NCBI GenBank assembly: GCA_001643675.2
Contig: LSRY02000003.1
Span: 1,302,001-1,366,000, forward strand
Source of the DNA: Monocercomonoides exilis PA203
Lineage: Eukaryota > Protista > Preaxostyla
Direction: 5' to 3'
DNA length: 64,000 bases
In this document: positions 36,529-50,315 of the stretch, in pieces
How positions within the stretch are numbered: the first letter of the stretch is position 1
Layout of the letters: the number at the start of each line of letters is the position of its first letter
Notes under the pieces: generated by a model
What the model saw: only the letters and a program-made list of their open reading frames with translations
What the model was told of the DNA's origin: nothing
The model's database searches: none
Program-made: the position numbers and the translations under genes

Positions 36529-39500
36529 TTATTTTTGCTTTTGAGAATGAGAATCAGTTTTTCTCATTTTCTTTTCTTTTTCCTTTTGTGAAATGACTTC
36601 ATCCAACGCAGCCATCAAATGTGCAGGTGTTATTGCATTTGCAACGTCAACAATGTTCATCTCCATTTTACTGCCTTTTTGCTCATCGCCTTGACTTCCA
36701 TCAACAGATTCATTTTCCTCACTCTTCATCTTTTCCTCATCCAGATTGCTCATCCACTCCGTCAGCATCTTCATCCTCGCTGTTTGCACCACTGACGCTA
36801 TCTCAGCACCAGAAAATCCTTCCATCTTGTCTAACACCTTGTTGATATCCAATTTTTCAAATAGCCCAGCACTTTCCTTGTCACAGCACACTTTGAGGAT
36901 CTTCTCCAGATCGCTTCGAGACGGCAGGGGTACTTCAATGTGGACGCCAAAACGGCCTGGCCGAGTGAGTGCTTGGTCAATCAACTCTGTTGATAAAGTA
37001 TTAATGAAGGAAAATATTAAATTAAACGTGTAAAATTACGTTTAAGTGAAAAGAAATTCAAAAAAATCAAATTAATTAAAAAACAAAAATTTTTAATTAA
37101 CGATTTAAAAATGGACAAATTTTTGAATTTTCATAAAAGCCATTCAATCGCACATATGTAACATCAATCTATTCATCACAAAAAATAGCATTAGCGCAAT
37201 CCTCTGCAATAACATACCAACTCTGTTAGTCGCTCCCATCACAAACACCCCTTCTTTGCTTTTTGTTCCGTCCAGCTCTGTCAGCATCTGGTTCACAAAG
37301 CGGTCCATGTACGAGTTGTCCGAGCCCGACCGCCTCGGCGCAATGGCATCCAGCTCGTCGAAGAAGATGACACACGGCTTCGCCTGCCGCGCACGCTCAA
37401 ACACATCGCGAATGCCCTTCTCGGACTCTCCCACGTATTTGTTCAGCAGCTCTGGCCCTGCCACTGAAATGAAGGACGCCTTCACCAGCGCTGCAGTCGC
37501 TTTGGCTATGAGTGTTTTACCACAGCCAGGAGGTCCATATAGCTGTGATGAAAATTACAAATTGGATTGAAAGAAAGCGAATGAAGTGATGAAAGAAGAT
37601 GTTTAAAAATACAAATATAAGATGATTTATAATCGGGAAATAAATGTTTGAAAATCAAACAACAAGAAAATAAAAAAACATTTGCAATTTCTACTCCTTC
37701 AGTTCTTCTTTTAATTCTCTCAAAAATTTCATACCAGCACTCCATCAGGCACGAATTTCGTGTTCTTCAGCAGCATTGATCCTCTGATTGGAGTAACAAC
37801 ACTTTCTTTTATTTTCGCTTTCACTGCTTCCATTGCCCCAACATCTTCCCACTTCACATTTGGAATCGAATGGAAGCCTTCCCTCATTGAAACTGGCTGG
37901 ATCGTCTTCGCAGCCTCTTCAAAGTCTGCGTTTGTGAGTGAGACTGAAAGGGCAGACAAGAACGAGGCTGAGGAAGGAGAAGGGCTGGAAGGTGGGAGTG
38001 AAGAAGAAGAAGAAGATGATGATGATGATGATGAAGTGCCAGGTTGTTGTGGTGTGATTGACAGAAGAAGATCAGAAAGCGAAGCGTATTGCTGTGGAGA
38101 TCCAAGGGGCTGCAGCATCCTTCGGAATGCTTCCCCTCTCTCAATCCATTTGAGTACGGACGGAGTTATCCTCACTTCATTATCGCTGCTTCCTCCTCTC
38201 TTTCTGTTTCCTGCCCCATCTTCTTTCCCTCTCATCCATCGTCTCTTCTTTCTCCGCATCTCTGCCTCATCCTCCGGATCAGGATCGTCAAAATCTCTCC
38301 TTCTCCTCTTCTTCTTTGCCATCGCGCCATCGTCGTCGCCACCTGCCTCATCCTGCTCCATTTGCCCATCTTCGTCTTCTTCCCCGTCTTCCGCATCGTC
38401 ACCAGCATTCTCCTCGTTCTCGTTCTCGTTCTCATCCTCTTCATTCGCCTCCTCGCTGATGTCTGGCTGAGAAAGTGGCGATGGCGATGGCGAAGTTGCT
38501 GGAAATGCTCCGAATGTTGATGCAAGAGAGGAGAACGAAGGCGGAAGAGAGAATTCTTCGCTGCCACTGCTTGCTGCTGGCACTAATGACAGAGAAAACG
38601 GAATTTCTTCCTCTTTCTTTGCAATTGGCTTTGCAATCTCTGTTAAATTGGAATTTTCTTCTTTAATTTTTTCTTTTTCTTTCTCTTTCTCTTTCAAAGC
38701 ATTTTCTTTTTTCATTTCCTCGTCTTCCTTCTCCTTCTGCTTTTGCCTCAGCTCAACAATCGCTTGCAATGCCGCGCTGATCCTCTTCGGCAGCCTTGTG
38801 ACTGCCTTCTCCTTCAGCTGCTGAATGTCCTTTGCGACATAACCAGCCATCAGCTGCACCGCCTGCCGCCAGTTGAACCGGCTTTCCATCGGCACGCCTT
38901 TGCAGAGCGAGCGCAGGATGCTTTCCTTGTCTGCCTCGGTTGGCATCTCCAGCGCTATCTCCTGGAAGCATCCTCTAACACTCGGCTCAATCGACGCTGG
39001 GTGCGAAGTGGCAGCGATGATGATAATTGGGTGGGACTTGTCTGCAACTGCTGAGTTCACACACGACGACAGCGTCGTTGCTGCCCTTCTCTCCATGTCT
39101 CGTTGTGCCCCTCCTCCGCTCCCTCCACCTCCATCTCTCCGTGTGATGACTGAGTCGAGGTCGTCGATGAAGAGGATGCTCGGCGATGCATTCAGCGCCT
39201 CTCGGAATACGCTGCGGATGTTCGCTTCAGTCTGTCCTGTCACTCCGCCCACGAGCTCAGAAGCTGATACAGAAAAGAAGGGAATGAGACGAGGAGATGA
39301 ACGGTAGGAGGAAGAAGAGGAGGAAGAGAAAGAAGAAGATGATGATGTAGGAGAAAGAGATAGATTATCGGAGAGTGAGGTTGATGTGGATGAGGATGAT
39401 AATGATGATAGTGTGGAAGGAAGTGATGCTTTGTATGATGATGGCTAACACAAAATGTGTAGAATGAACACAACCGTGCAAAATGACAAATAAAAATTTC

Positions 39501-40312
39501 ATTTTGAAACAAATTTCCACAAAAGAATTGCACACCAAAGTCGAATAACGCACAGTCCCAGCAAAGCAATAAGCAAAGTGGGTCTTTCCGATTCCAGAAG
39601 GTCCTGTAACAAGCAATGCAAGCGAAGACTTCTGCATCAGCTCGCACCATTCAGGTGCTATTAAGATATATTGGCTTTCTTCAAGTATTTGATTGATCTT
39701 ATCTTGATACCCTCCAAAATCATCAAATGTAACTTTCGGCTCACATTGAATGCTTGGAAATGGAGGGAAAATGTACGGCTGCTCAGTTTCTGCAACCGTG
39801 GTAACTTTAACATTTTCTTTCCTTCTTGAAGGAGTTTTTTCAGAATGATGAATACGTTTTTTTGGTGCTGGAGTCTTTTCTTCATTTTTGATGAGTTGTG
39901 GTGATCTTGATGGTTTGGGTGTCCTGCTCAGATTTGGAGAACTTTGAGATTGATCGAAGGTAACTGTTGGAGATCTTGAAGGAGGTGGAGAGGATGAAGG
40001 AACCAATGTGAGAGTTCCAGCTCTTTTGAGAAAATTAAGATAAATCTAATAATAAGCAATTAATGTCATTTTCATACCTTTTAGCATTTAGTGCAGAAGA
40101 AAATACTAACAAATAAATTGCAATAATCAGGAAATTTTTTCAAAAAGATGAATAAATAACATACATTTCATCGCTTGTCCTTTTACTGTCCATTCTGATT
40201 TGAAACGGTTCTTTATTTCTTGAGGAATATCTGTGAACATGGGGTCAGAGGATTTCAAAACATAAAGTTCAATTTCTCTTTTTAAAGCCTCATTTACAGA
40301 TGATCTTGACAT
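36529..40312 (-). CDS. NVL: Nuclear VCP-like type II AAA+ ATPase (NVL/Rix7), 60S ribosome biogenesis
   Basis: Introns 40164-40106, 40077-40023, 39553-39445, 37734-37543 and 37217-36987. D1: [28 protein letters not shown]. Linker [22 protein letters not shown]2: [41 protein letters not shown]. Confidence 0.92.
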
Positions 40313-40524
40313 ATTTCTCGTTCCTTTGATTCAAACTATCTAAAAATGTGAAACTTTCAGCAAATTGTTTAAAAATAAAAGAAATTATAAATACAAATTA
40401 AGATATAATTTTTAACGCTTCCTTGAAACGGAAATTGAAGATAAAAGTTTGATCACTTATGATCTATATTTGAATAATAACTTTAATAAATATATTGTGA
40501 ATTGTGGTCTTGAAGTGATTTCTT

Positions 40525-41419
40525 TCAAATTTGGGTTGAAATAAGTTCATCTCTCACTCTGCATTCATGCAAAAGATTTTTGTACTGGTTCAAAATGCGT
40601 ATGGCGTCATTTTCTGATTTTCCTTCAGTTTCATCAGAACGAGCCAGTGATTCCTTTATAAACTGTCTCACATGCTTCATAAACTGGATAAGATGATGGA
40701 GGTTGTGTTGCATCAACAGCAAATGGAAGTTCATTTCGTGTGCATTGTAGAGATGGTAGAGATATCCACGGGTGTGGGGCGCAACAGGGAATTTTATCTT
40801 CTCTTCAGAAGGGGAAGACGAAGATTGGGAGGCAGAAGAGTCTTTTGCCGGCAGAAGGGCATAAGGAGAACAAGTAAGGCAGCTGCAAGGAGAAGAAGAG
40901 GAAGAAAGAGAAGGAGATGAAAGAGAAGGAGAAGGAGAGGAAGAAGGAGAGGAAGAAGATAATTCTACATCAGATTCATCAGATGTGATGATAGCGCGTT
41001 TGTCTTTGAGGAGATATGATTTTGTGAGGTCCAACCAGAAATGATGGTGTGAGTGATGGAGTTGAGGCAGTTTGTGTTCTGAATCAGAGGAAGGAGGGCA
41101 ATAGGAACATGAATGAGAAGAAGAAGAGGAAGAGAAAGCAGGAGAGGAGGAGGAGGAAGAAGAAGGAGAAGGAGAGGAAGAGGAAGAGGAAGAAGAAGAA
41201 GACGATGATGATGATGATGATGCAGATTGCACAGCATTTAGTTCAGAAATGAGTTCTGCAGTCAAAAACGGGAAGACGAGGGCTTTTCCTTTTAAAGTGA
41301 TGGTTTGTGGATAACTTTGGGGGAATGATAAGTCAATTTTGAAATTACAAAATATTTCAATGAATAAATATTAAATAAATGATGTTAAAAAAGAAAGAAA
41401 GAAAGAAAGAAAGAAAGAA

Positions 41420-41515
<96 letters not shown>

Positions 41516-43007
41516 ACATGATAGAATAGAACGGAATGGAAGAAAAATGAAAGAAAAGCAAACGCAGTATCGATAAAGTCGATTCCATTCAGAATAGCAT
41601 CAATCATCACATCTGAAAGTCATTCACGATTCAATGCAAATATTCAGTGAATGCAAATATTCAATGGAAATAATAAAAGAAGACAATAAATGTAAAAAGT
41701 GATATCAGGAAAAAAAGAAATAAATAAAATAAAATAAAAATAAATTCAAGAGAAAGTAATAAGCATTACCTGGTGGCGCACTTGTTGGCAATATTCTGAT
41801 CTTCTCTTTTGGCAGATGTGGCTGAACAAATAAATAAATAAATAAATAAATATTCATCTTTAAGAGAAAGAAAGCCATTCACATACAACTGTCATCTTCA
41901 CAATCCTCATTAGCAATTCATTCTCATCACCTTCTTCTTCTTCTTCTTCTTTATCTTTTTCTTTTTCTTCTTTATCTTCTTCTTTTCTTTCTTCTCCAGA
42001 TACTTCTTCACTCTTAACGCTTCCACTGCTTTCTTCTTTTTTCTCTTCACTGCTTTTGACTTGCTTGTATTTTCTGGAGTCCACAAACGGACCAGAAATC
42101 ACAAATCCATCGACTCCTCGTTTGCCAGCTTCCTTTGCGCATGCTTCTCGGCATTTCGGATCATCTCCTCCAACAACAGGCGCAAATATTTTGAATGGCA
42201 GCGAAAGATCGCTGAAGCAATTTCCTTCTTGTAACTGTGAACTGCTTTGATTGGGAGTTGCAGATGAAGAAGCAGTTGTGGAAGACGAAGAGTTATTTGC
42301 AGAAATATTTGTTGCTTGAAATGTTCTCCATAAATGAAAAACACTATCTTGCATTTTTGCTGTGTTCTTCACCCCTCGCTTAAAACGCTTTTCAACGTTG
42401 ATCGCAAGTTCTGAATCACTCTTTGGAGAAACTTCATCTCCCGGTAAGCACACAAAATTTGGCTGAAGGTTATTACAGGCTTGAATAAAACGATGAGGTG
42501 TGATTTTTTGCCTTCCGCTGGATGACTTAACTGATACATAATTTTCATTTGAACTTCCTTCAAAGTTATCAGAGAATGGATCTCTCAATCTGATGTAAAT
42601 CAAAAAGTTTGAAAATCTTTCAATTTGAGGGAAAAGATATGTGTGTATTGTTTTTTCAAGTTTTCTGATAAGCTCATCTCCATCACTTTCGCATCTATCA
42701 ATTTAAAAATTAAACATTAAAGTTGCAAATACTTTCAATTTTTTGTGAAAAATATGACAGAAAACATTTCTCCCAACTGCACTCCAAATGAATTCAATTC
42801 GGGAATTTTTTGCTGAACGTCAAATGACAAAAATGGTAATGCTCCTAAATTTAAGTTGTATAATGGAATTTAAAATTCATACATACCTTTTGCAGTTGAA
42901 AATATTAAATCTGGTGACTCTAAAGACTTATCTTTTGTAACAACAAATAACTGTCTCAATCCAACATCCTTAACTTTGTTCTTCAGTATGTCTTCTGCGC
43001 CTGACAT
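40525..43007 (-). CDS. QTRT2: Queuine tRNA-ribosyltransferase accessory subunit
   Basis: Six exons (five GT-AG introns). Motifs SPDLIFSTAKGALPFL, LRDP..VSVKSSSGRQKIT, IFAPVVGG..R..CA..GVDGFVISG, IDAILNGIDFIDTAYP, Zn site CSCLTC..HTRGYLYHL..HEM..LLMQHN. Confidence 0.88.
41388..41511 (+). repeat. Compound (GAAA)n-(GA)n microsatellite in the last QTRT2 intron
   Basis: About 120-bp pure purine tract, directly visible. Confidence 0.95.
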
Positions 43008-43711
43008 TTGAATTCTTTTAGATAAAGTATTTTTAACAAATAAAAGAAAAAAGAAAAATTCAGATATGGGCCGACAATTGTTTTAGAAATCAGTTTGGGA
43101 CGAAAATTTTCACTTTATGAATTTTTTTTCAAACTGTTCTTTCGTAGATATTTCTCAATGTTTTTTCTTTCTTTATTTAATATTGCACGATTATGATTGA
43201 AATTCAATATCACAATAGCAGAAAAAGTTTCGAACATATCTTTGTTTTTAACAAAAAAACAAGAATTTTTCCGTTAAAGAACACCTTTCAAATAGATATT
43301 TTGTCAATGAAAAAACAACAAATATTATCACATTTCTTCCAATGAACTTGATTTTGTTCAAACATTGGAATTAACTGAGTGATGTCAATTTTTAAAGATG
43401 AATGCGAAAAAACAAATACATTTATGGAGTTAAAACTTTATTGTGTTCATTTTGTAAATCCTTGAAGAATATTGTCATTTGGTGAATTTTTATTGAAGAA
43501 ATACGATTTCAAATATTATTATTATGCATGTGCAATAAAACAATTTGATTTCATTTTCAACAGTAAAATTTTTCTTTCATTATAAATCATTTCACCTAAA
43601 ATAACATTAAACTGATATCTTTAGATATTTTTTTTATTCTTTTTTATTCATGATGTTTTCTTGTTTTTCAAAAAAATAATCAAAAGAACCATTAATATTA
43701 AATTGACAAAA

Positions 43712-45432
43712 ATGAGTGAAACGTTGGAAGATGTAATTAAAGATGTGTGTAAAAATTCTAATTGTTGCAATGAGAATAATATTATTTATTTGAATTTAGG
43801 TAAGTGATTGCATTGATCTTCTTGTTGAAGGGGAACAAAGCAATAAACTTGAACTTGATTTTTTAAAATCAGCATTATTATTTTTAAAGCAAAAAATTGA
43901 TGATTTAAACGAATTCATTAGCAAAAAAACGAAAGAATTAGAAACCAATTCTGAAAATTTGCAGAAAATTCGTGATCGAGCAGAAAAAGGAACAGAACAA
44001 CAATCTGACAAAGAACAAAACGAAGCAATTTTTCTTTTAGAAATGGAATCAGAGTTGCAAGAGGAAAAAAGACTAATGGTTTGCGAAAAATATTCGTCTT
44101 CGATATATTTAATGTTACTCTCATTTTGAACAGCCTCAAATCGAAGCTATTACCGTTGCCTTTAATGAACAAATGGAGCATTTCAAAAAAATATATTATA
44201 AAATGACAAATGAGCAAAGCGAACAATTTGATAAAATTAATGACAACCTCAACCAGTTTTCACATGAAAAGAAAGATCAAAAATTTGAAGAAATCAATGA
44301 AAACAACAGACAAGAGAATGAAAATTCTTCGATGTCAGATGACGCAGCATTGAATTTTGCATTACAAAAAAAAGAAGATGCATCCGAAAGATCAACTAAC
44401 GAACCGATCCCAAGCGCTCCGCCTCAGCCATCTATTCCGTTTGAACCACCGCCAGTTTTTCGAAATGGCGTTTCATCCGAACCATCTCACAGTCCAAATT
44501 ATGGACATGATAATGGCATTGATTCCGGCCAACTGCAAATGTCTGAGAATGACAAGAGAATTCCAATTGCTGCTCGAAATGATGATTGTGTGAATGAAAA
44601 GGGCACACCTTCACAATCAGAAGTGTCTCCGTTTCATTCAAAATCTGACATGTTTTCTGTCTCTTCCACCAAAAAGGATCCAAAAGATGCATTCACAAGC
44701 AATGAAGCATCGTTTCCAGCCAGCCATGAATGGGCTTTTAATGATTCTCCTAGCCAATTCGAAGGAAATCGCACCCAAAATGCTTCAGCCTCTGCTTCAT
44801 CATCATCAACAACGCCATCAACATCTGCATCTGCTTCTTCTTCTTCTTCTTCACCACAACACCAGCTTGTCACACATAGTTCAGCTTCTGCTCTTCCCCT
44901 TGCACTCAGCCTGCCTCCTCCAATCATCCTTGATCACAAACCAAACAGCACCCCATCTTCTTTTCCATCATCATCATCTTCTTCTTCTTCTTCTTCTTCT
45001 TCTTCTTCCTCACCCACCACATCCAACATTCACTCATCACCAAGTGTCTCATTGCCTCTCATCCCTCTCTCTTCTCCTTCCGCTTCTGCTTCTTCTTCTT
45101 CTGCATCTTCCTCTCATTCACCCACCAATCTGCCACTGCAACATCCAAATGCCCCACACTCTTCGAACACTCTCAATGAGAACCTTCCTTTCGCCTCTCA
45201 GTTTTCTTACTTGGCTGACCCTCCAACACACTCAGAAATGATAAGCTCGCCTTCTGCCTCGCAACAACCTTTCAGTCAACTTCAGTTCAAACAGGAAAAA
45301 TCGCCGCTGCCTCGGAATGCTTCGCCTTCCCCGTGTGCGCCTCCGATTTCGCCTTATTCGCCTTCTCATCCTTCAAATGAGCCTTCATCCTCTTCTTCTT
45401 CCTCCTCATCATCATCTTCTTCTTCTTCTTCC

Positions 45433-45464
<32 letters not shown>

Positions 45465-47717
45465 CTCACTCAACAACGATAGCCAATCACCTCTGAACAT
45501 CCACACAGGCAACACAGTCTATCCAGCAGATGCACCTGACCTCTCTTCTCCACTCGACCCTCAGCCATCAGCACCAATGATGACGGACTCACAGAGTAAA
45601 ACAGAGCAAAGCCCACAGATTGCTTCAGATAATGTCATTGAACAAAACAAGAATTCGAATTCAAATTCAAATTCAAATATAAATGTGAATATGAATATGA
45701 ATGCAAATATGAATGTGTGTGAAAGAGAAGGACATTTGAATGCTCAGATGCAGCGAAATTCGCCAAGTGTTGAATCAATGAATAACACTCATTATCACTC
45801 ATCGCCTGCTTCTTATATGCGAACTACAAGTTCTCCTTCTGCTTCTCCCAATTCCTCTTCTTCTTCTTCTTCCTCTTCCTCTTCTTCCCCCAAACTTCCA
45901 AACTTCATTCTTTCTTCTCCTTCTCCTCTGCGCCTTCCGTCCTCCATTTCAATCAGCGACCCATCAAAGCCATTCTCCAGTGAATCTGCTGAAAAGCCCT
46001 TTTCTTATCCAGCACAGCGCCCCTCCCCTCCCACAACACCCACAGCTCCTCCGACTTCTCCTTCTCCTGCTCCTCTTGCATCATCGTCTGCTTCTTCTTC
46101 TTCCTCTTTACCACCATTGTCATCATCATCTTCTTCATCATCCTCTTCTTATTCTTCTTCTCCTCTTTCTTCTCTCGCCTCCACTGATCCCTCGCTGTCT
46201 GCCTTGAGTGTTCTATCCACTCTTCCTCTTCCTTCTCTTCTCCATCTGATTGAAGCGAGGCTGCTTAAAAGAGAGGCAGATGCAGCAGAGAGAGAGAATA
46301 AGGCAGTGCAGCAGGCAAAACGAGTTGGGGAAAGAGAGAAAGCAGCAGCGAGAAAAGAAGAAGAGCTTATGCAAAAAGAGCAGCAGACACAGAGGATGTT
46401 ACAGACGACGCTGAGAGAGATAAATGCGATGGAAACGAGGAAGAAAGAGGAGGCGCAGGAGTTTGGGAGGGAGAAGAAGGCGTGGGAGGAGAAGAAGGAG
46501 AAGGAGAGGCAGAACTGGGAGAAGGAGAAGGAGAAGGAGAGGGAGGAGATGAGGAAGGAGATGGAGGCGAGGAAGGAGGAAGAGGAGAAGAGAAGAGAGG
46601 AGGAAGAGAAGAAGATGAAGGAGAAGATGGAGGAAGAAAAGAAGGTGTTTGAAGAGCAATGCCAGAAGAAGTGGGAAGATGAGAAAAACCAAATGAACGA
46701 GAAGTTTGAGGGAGAGAAAGCGAAATGGGAGGAAGAGAAAGAAAAGTTGGAGAAGGAGAAAAATGAAATTGAAGAAGAATTGGATAGTTTGAAAGAGAAG
46801 GTGGAGAAAATGGAAAAGGAAAAAGAAGAAAGAGAAGAAAAAGAAAGAGAAAGAGAAGAACAGGAAAGAAATCGAATTGCAAGCTTAACTTCTTTTTCTT
46901 CTCGCTTTCCATTTTATTCTTCTTCTTCTTCAACACCTTCACATTTCCCTTCTTCCTTCTCTTCAGATCCTTTTTCATCCTCCTCCTCCTCCTCCTCTTC
47001 TTCTTCTTCTTCTTCTTCCATTTCTTCTTCAATGACAGCCAAAAAGACCCTTCCAGGCGGCGTGTTGTGTTCCTCTCCTCTTCGCTCTGAGCCTCCGATG
47101 CGTTCTCTTTCACCCACACGAAGAGAATACCCCATCCCTTCCTCTGCTGCTGCTGTCTCGTTCGCTCTGTCTTCTTCTTCTTCTTCCTCCTCCTCCTCCT
47201 CTTCTTCTTCTTCTTCCTCCTCTTCCTCTTTCCCTTCTTCTTCATTGCCTTCCTCTTCTTCTTCCACCTCTTCTTCATTGTCTGCTCCATTGTTATCGCC
47301 TCGTCCTCCTCTTCCTTCTTTCTCCTCTTCATCCATTTCAACTCCTTCTGCTCCTTCTTCTTCTTCTTCTTCTTCGATTTCTTCTATTTCTTCCTCTCTT
47401 GGATATCCAATGCATCCTTCCATTCAACGAAGAAAAGACGATAAGCCAACAGCAAATTCTCTTTTCTCCTCAACCTCATCAACTTTGCCTTCTTCCTCTT
47501 CTTCCTCTTCTTCTTCATTTTCATCGTTTCCTTCCAATACTTCTGCGACTCCTTCATACCGAAGCATTTCCTTTGAGCCTTCTTCTTCAGCTTCTTCTCG
47601 TTCTGTCTCTCTTCCACGGACAATAAGCACGCCTTTGTCTTCTGAAAAGGAAAGAAGAGAAAACAGAGAAAGAAGAGAAGCATTGAGGAATGAGTTGTTT
47701 GGGAATGAGGAAGAGAG

Positions 47718-47748
<31 letters not shown>

Positions 47749-48945
47749 GAAGAAGGAGTTAGATTTGAAAAGAAAGAAGAAAGAGGAGGAGAAAGAGGAG
47801 GAGAAGAAGATTTTAATGATGGAGAAAGAGAAAGAGAAAGAGATGTGGAAACAAGAGAAGGAGGAAGAAAACCAGGGCAAATATTGCAGCAAATTCGGCA
47901 GAGCAAAATGAATGAGAGAGAGAAAGCGAAAGAAGGAGAGCAGAAAAGTGAGGTGAAACATGGATTGATTGGCTCTGCGCTGTCAACATCGTGGAAGGAG
48001 AGGATGAGAAGCAATTTGCTGGAGACAAAGGAGAAAGAGAAGGAGAAGGAAAAGGAGAGAGAAAGAGAAAGAGAAAGAGAAAGAGAGAGAGAAGAGGAAG
48101 AAGAGAAGAGAGAAGAATATGATGAATACAACTTTGAAACAAAAAAGGCAACAGAAAGCAACCGAAGCGGAACGCAAAATGAAAGTCCAGATCTTCTTTA
48201 TAACTTCAACAACAAAGAAGATTCTTCAAATGAACAGCAAAATAAACCTCCTCTTCCTTCTTCTTCTTCTTCTTCTTCTTCTTCTTCTTCTTCCTTGTCA
48301 TATCCCACCAGTTCCTTCTCCTCTTCCTCAGCTGCCCCTTCCTTTTCCAGCAGTCTTCCTCTCTCAATGCCATATGCCCCGACTGCCACACCAGCTGCCC
48401 TCAAAAAGTCGTTCCAACCTTCCACCCCTTTCCCTCATGCTCCTTTGTTCTCTTCTTCTAATTCTCCTTCGGCTGCGAACTTGTCTTCTTCTTCTTCTTC
48501 TTCTAATTCTAATTCTTCTTCTTTGCTTGTTTCTAATTCTTTTTCAAATCCTAATACAAATTCAAATTCTGTGTCAAGTGCGTTGGATAATCTTTCTTTT
48601 CCTGATTCTTCCTCTTCCTCCTCTTCCTCTTCTTCGTCTCTGTTTTCTTCCATCCATCGTATTTTGAACAAACCTCAAGATAATTCTTCAACAGCTCCCA
48701 GTTTCTCGTCTTTCTCCTCTTTTAATCCATCTTCCTCTTCTTCTTCTAATTCTTCTAATTCTTCTTCTTTGCCTTCTTCCTCGTTTTCTCGAAGTTCATT
48801 TTCGTCTTCTTCCTTTTCTGCCCAAACATCACCAGCCAGCAGCAACCAGAAGCTCGACCAGCTGCTTCAGCGTTTGCAAGCAGCGAAAACGAAAGGAAGA
48901 TTTCCTTCTCAGTTTAAAGGAGCGAAGAATGAAGAGTCAGAGTAA
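43712..48945 (+). CDS. Large low-complexity protein: N-terminal coiled coil, alternating Ser/Pro tracts and E/K/R-rich coiled coils
   Basis: ATG 43712; phase-0 introns 43745-43799 and 44079-44133 join ORF 44173-48945. Charged helix at ~46250-46880. Confidence 0.78.
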
Positions 48946-48960
48946 GATGTGTCAGTATTT

Positions 48961-48994
48961 GGATTAGGATTAGGATTAGGATTAAGATTAAGAT
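48961..48994 (+). repeat. Short (GGATTA)4(AGATTA) tandem repeat just after the stop codon
   Basis: ggattaggattaggattaggattaagattaagat. Confidence 0.7.
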
Positions 48995-49517
48995 AAATAT
49001 AAAGATTAAAATGAAGAAGAAGATAAAGATAAAAATTGAAAATTAAGATATGGATTTGGGTTTTGAAGGAGTGATCTTTTGCTGTTAGTTATTGTTACAT
49101 GTGAGATGTCAAATTGTCTGATTGGCCGTTTCTTGAGTTTTGTGTTTGTGTTTTTTGACATAGAATTTAAACAAAATAATATCATGAAGGTACAACAATG
49201 TTTGACTTGTGAATAAAAAGCATTAATTTTCTTGACAGCATGCTTTTGCTTTTATAATTTTTTTTCTGAAGCATTTCAAGTGTGTTTAAAAGCAAACAAC
49301 ATAATAATATTTTTTTCAATTATTCTATAATATTTTTTATTATCAAATTCATTTTTTAGTAATGTTAAAGAAACATAGTGTTAAAGCAATTGAAACATTC
49401 ATTCCAACATTTGATTATCAAAAAATTATCATTTATATTGATTCCTCAACATTTTCGAATCAAAAGTTCAGAGAATATATTTCTATTCACCGATATTTAA
49501 CGAGATTGGAAAATATT

Positions 49518-49747
49518 TGGGTGATTATTCTTGAAATCTTATATTTTCGATCATATAATTCAGTTTGATAATTTTGTTTTGAATTTAATTTTTTGTTCAC
49601 AGAAAAGTGACAACTCCTTTTGAAACTATCTCTGTCTTTTTTTCATCAAACATTGACTACTGAAACAATTGAAATGAACTTCACATTTCAATGATAATTA
49701 TTGTTCATTCTTTTTAAAAAGTAGCCGCAGATCAAAAATTTGTCCCA
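49518..49747. mobile_element. Degenerate MITE of the TGGGTGATTATT family
   Basis: Left end tgggtgattattcttg; internal tcaaacattgactactgaaacaattgaaatgaacttcacatttcaatga matches ~20395-20443; right end decayed (tgtccca). Confidence 0.6.
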
Positions 49748-50315
49748 TGAAAGTTCATAAAATAACACTACGTTTCCATAATACAAATAAATATTTGAAA
49801 CTCTCACAGTGATGTTAGCTGGTTCATAGCAAACTTATTAATGAAAAGATATTTTCTTTGTCAAAAAATTATGTATCAAATTGTTAGATCAAAATTTAAA
49901 TATTAGTTTTTCAATGAAAAAGGGTTTCACTTGATTGAACTACTTTGCAATTCTTAATAAATAAAATAACCATGGTGTGTTTCGATTATTTTTCCTGATA
50001 TACTTAATTTTCAATGTTAATTTGAATTTTCATTTGAATAGGATTTTTCATTTGCATTATGCACATGAACTTAACATAAATGCGAAAATTGAACATACAT
50101 ATTCGATGCATCCGAAAATTTAATAAATTTTGTGGTTTGCATTTAATTTTAACAAAAAAATTTTATTTTTAATTTATTATTCAATCATGTTTTTTTTATT
50201 GAAAAGTTCACAGTTGACAGCCAACATTTGTCTTTTCAATGGCATAATTGACAAAGATCTGAATTCTTGTTCATTTACAGGATGCTGAAGCGTAAGTTCA
50301 GAGAATGGATGATCG

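Noticed and set aside
48961-48994. TTAGGA repeats as an interstitial telomere
   Set aside because: Only about four units, not TTAGGG, and grading into similar AT-rich slippage; a simple microsatellite explains it.
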